Notes under the pieces: generated by a model
Database searches by the model: none
The model's input: the letters and a program-made list of their open reading frames with translations, nothing else
Told to the model about the DNA's origin: nothing
From: Lama guanicoe
Lineage: Eukaryota
Reading direction: 5' to 3'
DNA length: 64,000 nucleotides
NCBI GenBank assembly: GCA_013239625.1
Contig: MU053561.1
Coordinates: 1,597,818-1,661,817, forward strand
Part shown: one piece after another, positions 54,596 to 64,000 of the stretch
Numbering within the stretch: the stretch's first letter is position 1
Layout of the letters: every line of letters begins with the position of its first letter
Position numbers and translations under genes: made by a program

Positions 54596-55922
54596 TTCTG
54601 GTTCACATAGAGAATCCAACCTGTTCATTTGCAGGTAAACGCAGTCCTGACCAAAACCAGGAAGGAAAATATTAACAGTCATTCAGAGCCAATGGAAACG
54701 GTACCCATGAGAGAGGTCTTTGTGTATCATGCATGCAAAGATTCTCCTGCTTAGGATTCAATCTGATACGTGGCATGTGAGCATAAGAGAGATGTAACAT
54801 TGTCAGACTTTGACATTGTGGCTTTGATAAATTCGACAGAAAAAAGTACCAGTTGGGTAGGGATTGGTTTACCCAGCTTATCTGAAATCAGACTCAGCTG
54901 TCTTAAAAGTTTCAGATTCTAGTCCATAGTCTCATTTCATAATGGTGATCACTGAGCCTCCCTACCTGGAAATGAGCCTCCATCCGCACGTGGGCTGTGG
55001 TTTGTGTGTCTGTCTGTGACTTATTCAGAAAAGACAAATCAGGTCTTTTCACAAAAACAAACTAGCAAAAATAGCCTGCTAAAACCAAAGTCTTCTATAA
55101 AGGATAAAGGTTTTTTATGTCCTAGTTAATGTCTCGCTTACGTCAAAGAATAGTCAATTCTATGCAATAAAGAACTTGGACAATCCTAAAGATTAGGTGA
55201 TACCTTGCAATTTTACACATACAAATAACTATTCATTTTCTTCTTTACCCATATCAGTAAAAAAAAATGAAACCTTTTATTAAAATATTAAATTAAAATG
55301 GGCTTTTCCTTTAGGAGATAATTCTGAGAGATTATGAAATGTGGGAAGAGTTTTGTGATAATAGATTTGATAGCAGTAAACCAAATGCAGCAAAAACAGA
55401 CACAGGATGCAAATTTTGTATCTTCAGATCTGATTAGTTTCACCACATTTTTAAGACACTTTGCTAGTACATTGGATTAGAATCCCCAGATGAAAGAGTT
55501 CCACTTTTGATTCCTCTTCTAGGCATGTAGACATATTTCTCAGCTCTTTCCCCACCATATATTTGTAATAACTCACAAGTAAGGCTTAATTATTATTTAG
55601 TTGCTGCTCTTTTCCAGATTCCTAGTATGAAACTCATTTCTTAAACAGCGCCTCGAGTTAACAGTCTATTCAGTAGGAATTGTTAGCCCTCATTTTGGGG
55701 GGTGGCCCTTGTCAAAATGAAAAATGGAAAACTCATGCTTCGGAGATAGGAACAAATAATACATGAACACATTTAAGAGGTTTGAAGTTATTAAAATGGC
55801 AGGTCTACTGGGAACAGAAAGAACGGTATGTCATGGAAGAAACGAAGGGAAAAGTGAGACAGGAAGCATTCTTTGGGCTTTTCAATGCTGCGTTTTCAAA
55901 CAAAACCAAAAAATTTGGGAAG

Positions 55923-56160
55923 AATTGGAAGGTAGCCAACCTAATGCCGTTATTTCATAGAGCTCAGGGACACGCCAGGAAATTACAGGCCAGTTAGTTT
56001 AACTTCACTTGTAGGGAAAGTATTAAAAACTGCTGCAGGAGATCAAGTCAAAGGATGCTTAGAAAAGCACAGCTTGATTAAGGCAAGCCTGGCCAACGTG
56101 GTTTTCGGAAAGGGAAGGTCATGTCTTAGGAACTTGCTGAAATTCTTTGAAGCTATTATG
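55923..56160 (+). mobile_element. Ancient CR1-type RT fragment
   Basis: With frameshifts it reads NWKVANLMPLF..PGNYRPVSLTSLVGKVLK...LEKHSLIKAS.QRGFRKGRSCLRNLLKFFE, a classic CR1 RT signature. Confidence 0.85.
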
Positions 56161-57544
56161 GCTGGTATGGTCTTCAAAGAACACAGCGAGGCCCAGGGTC
56201 TGCGTATCTTTTCCGTTCCGCATCAGTCCTTCAGGGATGCTTGCAGAACACGGCCCACATCAGGGCCTCGGAGCTCCAGGTTTGGAAACCACTATCAAAA
56301 TAGCAGCAAAATAACCTCAGATGGAACATTTTTAAAGCTGGGACCAATTAATACAACCTGATATTTATAAATGTGAAATAATGACTTGGAACACTGAGCT
56401 GTAACAAAGAAGTACAACGTTGGGACTATAAAAACAATGTAGGAGTTATTGTGCCAAAATCTGGGCTTTGGAGACATTTCTCACCCAAAGAAGGGAAAAT
56501 GAGGAGAAATCTCAGTGCTAGAAATGCTTATAGAGTACAGGGTTATGAAGAGTTGCAGTGGAATGAGTTTTGTCAAGATGGGAAAAGGAGCAGGCGGATG
56601 GGTTATCAACCCTGAGCCTCTGTGTTCTGGAAAGGGCCAGAGAAGCCCAGCAGAGAAGGTGCAGCCCCGCTAGTCACTGAGGGGCAAGAGGTCAGGGATC
56701 CGCTACGAACACGTTTGTCTCTCACATCAGAGACCTGGAGTTATGTTTTCAAAGAAAAGCACAACTCTTGTGAGCAAAGGTATTCAAAAACATCCAGATC
56801 ATGCCCCCAGCTCTTTTCACCCCTGGGGCACAGGCAGCTGCCTAAGCCCACATGGCAAGTAGTCATCGGTGCAGGAGGAGGCAGGTGGTCACTGGGGAGG
56901 AGTGGTACCCAAAGCTGAGGACCCACGAAGGGCACACCATGCGAGGATTGGGATGCTGCTGGGACCTTTGATCAGTGGGAGAACTGCTGGGCAAGGCAGG
57001 AATCTAGTCGAGGATTCTTCAACACAGATCAGTGGAGGAGCAGCCATGCGAATGAAGACAGGGTTCCCCTGGTGAAGAGCGGCCATCACTGCCTTGGCTG
57101 GGGTGGAGCCGGAGCCTCGGCAACATGTTACAGGTCACACCCAGCCCGACTGGAAGGATGTTGGCGAAGGAATCAGGAAGACCATCTCATTCTATTCTTG
57201 TATCTAAGACTGTGCATAATCCACCTTATATACAGTAATAAAAATGGTTACCATTTATTGAACACTTAGTTTATGCCAAGTTTTGTGTGCTGGGTGCGTC
57301 CTATATGTTAGCCAGCCTAATCGTCTCAACGACTTGCCAGGTGGTAATTAACAAATGATGAAAGTGCAGCTCAAAGAGTTTAAATAACTCTTTGATCTGG
57401 AAGCCACCTTTCCTTCTGCTTGTCTTATTAAGGATAAACGGTTTTGACTCTACAGGTGGGGGTGGTAGTTTAACATTTCTTGAACAAAAGCTACTGTTCA
57501 TAATTAGAATTAAGCTTTAAACCCCTCGGTAGTTCTGTGGCATG

Positions 57545-57684
57545 TTTATTACTTTCCATACTACTCAGGCGAAATCATGAAGGTGTATCAGCAGATGATG
57601 AAGGTGCTGAACAATTTCAGGTATTTTTGAGCCATGTTCATGAGCTTCTGCCCAAATGTTTGGATCAATAGGAATTTTTAATTC
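57545..57684 (-). pseudogene. Candidate terminal exon of an antisense nested (pseudo)gene or transcript: ELKIPIDPNIWAEAHEHGSKIPEIVQHLHHLLIHLHDFA*
   Basis: Minus-strand acceptor (ccttaac...aactttag|), a 39-codon open frame ending in TGA (57565-57567), and AATAAA 15 nt later (57545-57550). Identity not recognised. Confidence 0.4.
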
Positions 57685-58269
57685 CTAAAGTTAATATTTA
57701 TATGGTTAAGGTGACTGAACCATTTCCTTGGGAGAAGGAAGATGGAATGATGGGAAATGAGAGGGAAGTGAACATGTAGTCATTAGAGATGAAGGTGCAG
57801 AGAGAAAGAGGTTGGTCTGAGATCCTAAGCTAATTAAGGAGAGCTAAATTCACCTCCAGAGGGCCTTCTGCTAGCGTACTGAGATGTGTGCCCAGGAGCT
57901 GGATGCTCTGATCCAAACCAGACTGCCCCGGCCGTACGCTGACTCCACTCCTCACTAGCTGTGTGATCTTGGGCACGTTACACAACTGCTGTACTTCACT
58001 TCTCTCTTTGTAAAGTTGGTGTTGCTAATAGTATCTACCTTATAAAGCTGTAGTGGTGATTAAATGAGATAGTAAATAGAAAATACTTAGCATAGGACTT
58101 GACCAAGAGTGTCTAACAAGGTTTAGCTATTTAATAAGTTTTAGCTATTACAGGTAAGGTTGTTATTTTTTTTTAATTTCTATTCTTAGTCCCAGTGATT
58201 GTTGCAGTTTTGTACTTTAAGAAGCAAGAAGGAACAGAAACATCTTTGAGCCAATTGTTTTTTTTTTTA

Positions 58270-58670
58270 ATTTTGAATTTTTTATTGTGGTAAAAACATA
58301 AAATTTATGATCTTAACTATTGCTAAGTATACGGTTCAGTAATGTCAACTATATTCACATTGTTATGCAGCACATCTCCACAACCTTTTCATCTTACAAA
58401 ATTGAAGCTCTGTATTCAGTAAACAACGACTCCACACTCCCCTTCTCTCCTAGCCCCTGTTTCTAAAAATTAGACAAATCTATATACCTCATGCAGGTGG
58501 AATCATACAGTATTTATTCTTTAATGACCAGCTTATTTCACTAAGCATGATGTCTTTAAGGTTAATCCACGTTATAGCATATGCCAGAATTTCCTTCTTT
58601 TTCACAGCTGAGTAATATTTCATCATATGTATCTACTGCATTTCATTTATCCATTCAACCATGGGTGCAC
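58270..58670 (-). mobile_element. L1MB-type 3' end
   Basis: Poly-T, then ttattgtggtaaaaacataaaatttatgatcttaac...gtggaatcatacagtattt. Confidence 0.8.
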
Positions 58671-58729
58671 AGGTACACAGCTTTGGCTAAATCATCAAGT
58701 CATACTCAATAACTAAGGCTTAAGAAATG

Positions 58730-59610
58730 CTTTATTTTCATGCATTGCACAAATATGTGAGTGTCTGTCATCTACTGAATCGATGGTTGAGTTTATCTTG
58801 GTGAGTAAAAAAGAGAATTTCCTGCCCTAGCAGAGTTTACCTTTGAAAGGGGAAGGCAGACATTAAGCAAAAATCAGATAAACAAACAGATATATATGCA
58901 ACTATAAATTGGGGTGATTGCTTTAAATCAGAAGGAATTACATGAGAAAATACTTTAGACTAAGTAGAAATAAACTGAAAGATGAAAAAGAGCCAACTGT
59001 AAAGAGGGGGGGAACATTCAGGCAGAGGGCGCAGCATGTGCAAAGCATCTGAGGGAGGAGGGAAAGCTGTCAGCCTATCAGAGGAATGAAAAAGCCAGCA
59101 TGCCTGGAACCTAATTAAAGAGAGAGTGTGAGAGAGGTGGGCAGAGGCCAGATCTGCAGGAATTGGTAGGTCCTTGTTAAGAAAGAGTTTTCAGTTTTAC
59201 TTCCTAGGGAACAGGAAGTCATAAAGGCTCTTAAAGGGAAGAGTGACACAATCTGAGCTCTTTTTCAGAATATTTTCCTGCTGCAGAGTGAAGAATCAAT
59301 TGGAATGGGGGCGGGAGGATATCAGATAGAAGGTCACTGAAATGTCCAGGGAGAGATGGAAAGAGCAGGCAGATGCAGAGTATGTTTCAGGAGGAAGAAT
59401 CAATCAGGATGGTGCCCATGTGAGATGTGAGGGCTGAGGGAGGGACTGCAGGGTTCTGACTCGAGAAACTGAGTCAAAGTAGCTACCAATATAGAGAAAA
59501 CTGGAGAAGACTTAAGTGAGGGGAAATTGGGAAGTACCGTCTGGGATAGGTTAAATTTGGTATGTCTGAGAGAGATTCTAAGAGGAGATGTCAGAAAGGA
59601 AGTCAGATTT
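58730..59610 (-). mobile_element. L2 fragment
   Basis: cattcaggcagagggcgcagcatgtgcaaagc and related L2 antisense motifs. Confidence 0.65.
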
Positions 59611-60854
59611 TTTTTTTAGTCTCTTTCATTTTTTGTGTTTTTACGTGCCTAGCACAGTGCTGGTACAAAGTAAGTATTGAAAAGGGGTTTGTTGTCTGAA
59701 AACATTAACTTCTGAAGGAAGAACTAGCGAGAGTTGCTGGTAAAGCCCACAGCAGTACACACAGGACCATTTCAGCAATAGCAGGTCAGTAGCACTTTCT
59801 GGGTCCCAGCAGTTTTGATCTCTTCCATTTTCTCTTTATTGGTTCCATATCCCGTATGATGGGTTTTTAACTGTGGGTGACGACCCAGTAGTTTACACAG
59901 ATATTTAGTTGGTTGCATCTGTGTGTGTATGTGTGTAATTTGTGATGTAAACTTTCTGCTATAAATATAGGTCCAAAAAAGTTTGAAAAACCAATGCCCT
60001 AGAGCCCTCTAAACCTATTTTGTGTTATCTTCTTTTTGCATCTCCCTGGGCTAAAGGATACACCAGACATTCATCCCAGCTCACTCTTCACTCAGCAGAC
60101 ATTGACTAAGTTTCTATTACGTGCTGGATGACGGGCCAAGATTGAGTTAGACCTGGTCTCCACCCTCAATAGCTCCTAGTTGATCATGTTGTAAACAATA
60201 TGTTAGTTTCCTGCTATTTCAGGACTTTTTAATACCTTGTAGTAAGTCTGATGTAAAAGGTATATATTTAATCCCTGGTTATAATTGAGCCTATTCCTCA
60301 CTGAGCCCTGTGGCTGACCTCACTTATTGTTCACAACTTTCAGCCAAAAGGGTAATGGTCCCCAGACAGGGTATGTTGGAAAGAGGGGAGAGGGAGGGGC
60401 AGAGCACTCACTGAAACAGTCAAAGATGCAAAAAAAGACACAGAAAGACTTGCTTCCTTAGAGGGAGAGAATGTATGGCTGGAATTGAAGTGTGGTAACA
60501 ATTTTCATGCTTCTGCATATTTTGAGTGTGACTTCTATTTCTGAAATTCTAACTCTTTCCTCGAATTTTTGGTAACAAGGAAAGGAAGAAGAAATACCAA
60601 ACTAAAGGTGAGCGGATTGACCATTAGATAGATAGAAATTGAATAAGTGACTTTTAGATAGATATTTGTATATTAAAATGAATCCATTCTTCTATTTCAC
60701 AAACGTGAACACCCTCAAACCTAATGAAGTAGCATGATAATGTAAGTGAGCTAAAATATGATCTCTCTCTATTGCTTAAAAAAATACATTAAAATACATA
60801 ATTACAAGTTGAGAGGTTTGAGACCTAGGAAACCAGTCCTCCAAAAATTCTTAC

Positions 60855-61204
60855 CTGGACAAAATAAAATTGTTCAATAAGCTTCTTCCTTTAAAATTAC
60901 ATATTTCAGCTTCATCCTTATTTGGATTACAATGCTCATAACTCTGAATTTTTGGGATGCTGACAGTGAGCACAGCCAATAGCATGCACTGCCTAGTGCC
61001 TTGCACTACACCAGACACTCGAAGATGAACAAGTTTATCATTCTTCTCCTTAGCCTTTATCAAGGATTTATATGAAAAAGACTCACTCTGGGCTCCTTCA
61101 CTCATGGGAAGTATTTAATTAGATCATCATCTTCATCAGAAGGAACATGTAATTAGTTGCGTTATTCTTAAGTCTTATAATATTATCCTTTCATTTATCT
61201 GGAG
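60855..61204 (-). pseudogene. Candidate internal exon of the same antisense element (frameshifted)
   Basis: Strong acceptor tctctgctctggtctctgcag| and consensus donor CAG|GTAAGA on the minus strand. Contains an 84-codon ORF. The last codons in an alternative frame (RKKLIEQFYFVQ) join in frame to the 57684 exon. Confidence 0.4.
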
Positions 61205-64000
61205 CTGCAGAGACCAGAGCAGAGACTAACAACATGTGACATAGTCACAAGCCACCACTGCTGAGTCGTGTGGATTTATGAGGCGCTAGTCTAGTATTAC
61301 CTTCTCAAAGATTCGTTGTAGGAATCTCATTGGGCGGGGAAGGAAAGGGTAGATCCTATCTGGATTTAATGCGAGGGGCTAGTATATTACTTTTTGTAAC
61401 TAATAAAATTTCAAGGACTGACAGCAAATTTCTGATTTGCTTTTCCCCTAGTAAAATGTCTGCTTTGAATTATGCAGAAAGAATTCTTCTTCCTGCCAAC
61501 TTGTTTCAATTCCCTGTGCAAAACCATCCACAGAACATGGTCAGGGGTTTCCTAGAGAGGTTCGTTTCAGGATTCTTCAATCACTGGAGACACACATACA
61601 GACACACAGACACATTTAGACACACACACTCCCCCCATTTTGTGGAGCAAGCAAAGGAAAATATATTGGATTGGTAAAGTTTGCATATGGTGCTTCGGCT
61701 TTCTGGAAGCAGAGACAAGTATTAGTCATCAGATGGGGGAAAGGGTTTCTCGGTCTCCCTGGGCTAGCGTCCTGTTTTATGTATGCAGGCCCGCCCTGTG
61801 TGTAGGTGGAGCAGGCAATTGCCATGTGATGTGATTTAAGAGGTGATGGAAGTTCTGCCTGTCCAAAAATAGCCCCCACAACTGCCTGTTGAGTTCAGGC
61901 ACAGTGTCCATAAAACCCTGGTTTAAATGAAATGAAACTGCATTTTCAGAATGTTAACCCGTTATACCGTTATTCTATCAGCATGCGTTTATTTATTGGA
62001 AATAAAGGCTGGACTCTAAGGGAATGTCCATTTGTGCAGGGAGAGTGGGGGGAAAAGTTAGCAACACCCAAGGCTTAGGATAACGATGCAAGTCCCCGGA
62101 AGGAATTTCTGCATCACCACTGAGTGAATTTGTTGAAACTAAACCTCTTCCACATTCATGCATTCAGTCAGTCTTTTTTTGAATCAGTATTTTAAGGAAC
62201 ATGACATTTCTCAAACCGGCAGTGCTTTTTGCTGGGACCTTATTAACAAGAATAACAACAACTACTCACATTTGGTAGATGCCTTTTAAGGACAAAATAG
62301 TGTCACACACAATGTCTTATTTGATCCCAACAACCTTGTGAGGCTGACTTACAACTTCTCCTGTAGCAAACGAACCAAGAGTCTCAAAGAGGTTAAGTGA
62401 CTTGCCTTACACCCACAGCTGCTAATGTCAGAGCCCCATGTTGGAACCCAGGCATTCTGACTCCAAATTCAGGGCTCACCCTGTTACTTCAAGCTCTTCG
62501 GGACAGTCCCTACAGTCAAGGAGGTGACAGTTAATGTTAAGTTACAAGAGCAAGCTCTCTGGGAGTTTTCTATAGAGCTGCTACTGAGAAAGCCTTTCTC
62601 CTTATTTTAAAATTTTTAAAAGAACTGCACCAAACACAGACTCTGGGCACACGTTTGGCTCCAGATGGTTGAGTTAGGCATCATCAGTCGTTAGCATCAT
62701 TCCCCGGGCTAAAAATGTTCCCCACTTAGGATACTAATCCCTTTGCACAAAGTTGTAAAATACAACAATAAATTAAATTAGACAGGGAAAATAAAATATG
62801 AATTGGTAGAAGTTAACTGAGGATTTTCTCTAGAGCTTTTGGGACCTGGGGGTTTTTGAATAGATAAAAAGTCAGAGTAGATCTTGATCAGACATGATGA
62901 AGTGATGGTCAGTCTAGAATGTCTGCATCAAAGCACATCTACCTCATGCTGTAACTGAACACACGGGCCCCCATTTCTTTAGCTGGTGAGCCACAGTGTT
63001 GCAGCAGCTCTAGCTCATTCCTTTTTATCCATTTTGCACTTAATTCACTCCTTCCTCAGTAAGTGCAAAGTGCACTGAGTTAAATAGAAGTACGTAAAAT
63101 TCAGGGTGGGATGTTCCCATTTACCAGCCAAATAACCCTGCTCAAATGTCATCTCTTTTGTGAAATCTTGGATTCCTGGAGACAAAGTTCATCTTGCTGT
63201 GTTATAGTGTGGTTGTTTGTTTGTATCCGCCTCTCTCTCCTTTGTGGTGAACGGCTTGAGCATTAGAGAACATGTGTTATTCATCACGAAAACCCCCGTG
63301 CTCTAGGCTAGCAATCCCAAATTGTTCTGATCACATATCCCGTCAGTTAAAAGAAATCGAGCATTTGTTCACGAACATCGTGTGTGTGTATGCAGAGAGA
63401 GACAGAGAGAGAGAGAGAGAGATGTACCAGAATACAAAAGTATTACAAATATCATAGAACATCCTCAAAAATAAGAATTAAAAAGCACAGAATAAAGACA
63501 AACATAATCAGGAGTTCTAATATTTTCTTTCCTCCTGAGTAGTCTCGTGCATGCCCAGGGGTGCACTTGGAGACAAAAGCCATTGACTTTCGCCCTTTGG
63601 CAAGATGCAATAAATGTTTGTGCAATGGGTTGGTGGAATGAGTCTCTTTGGCACATCAGGCACTTCCCATGACACCAGTCACTTTCTAAATTAGTGAATC
63701 AGTGCCAAGTGCTTTCCCAGCCTCTGAGCACACTGGTTTGGCGAGAGAAGGGCTGGCTGCAGTCAGCCCACACCCGCCTTTTGCGACCTTTTACAGGAAA
63801 CAACCCGCAGGATGTGTGTGAATGTCTGTGTGATTTGTGTGCTGATTCTTTCATTCTGTGCGTATTTTATTGGTTGTTTACAATGTGCCAATCACAGAGT
63901 TAATTCTAGCCTTCAACCTGGAAAACAGATACGGAGACAAGGAATTCTATTCCTGTATGATGACGTGTTCTATTTTTAAAAATTCTATTACCGAATGAGT

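Noticed and set aside
60990..61035. VHLRVSGVVQG resembling the acylphosphatase V.G.VQGV motif
   Set aside because: The following GFR residues and the rest of the fold are absent; probably chance.
62545..62575. Plus-strand QEQALWEF resembling a later SPAG17 segment
   Set aside because: Out of exon order, no splice sites, and the similarity is too short.
63517..63685. Possible additional minus-strand exon (LVSWEVPDVPKRLIPPTHCTNIYCILPKGESQWLLSPSAPLGMHETTQEERKY)
   Set aside because: Weak acceptor and no convincing donor; revisit only if the nested-gene hypothesis is confirmed by homology.

Overview
Mammalian genomic DNA, most likely a camelid: it carries a tRNA-Ala-derived SINE and short L1 3' ends of the type I associate with camel/alpaca. 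The window holds about 20 kb of repeat-rich upstream sequence, a CpG-rich RFX-type promoter, and coding exons 1-3 of SPAG17 (central-pair axonemal protein, PF6 orthologue) on the + strand at 20316-20405, 50103-50243 and 50839-50922. All three junctions are phase 0 GT-AG, and intron 3 runs off the window. The rest is mostly L1, L2, MIR, CR1, LTR and DNA-transposon fossils; almost all listed ORFs are spurious. The best candidate for something undescribed is a minus-strand exon-like series inside SPAG17 intron 3 (60855-61204 splicing to a terminal exon at 57545-57684 with stop and AATAAA, plus a weaker piece at 62546-62708). It could be a decayed nested gene, or an antisense transcript, that I cannot name. 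Repeat-family names and human comparisons are from memory, not database searches.
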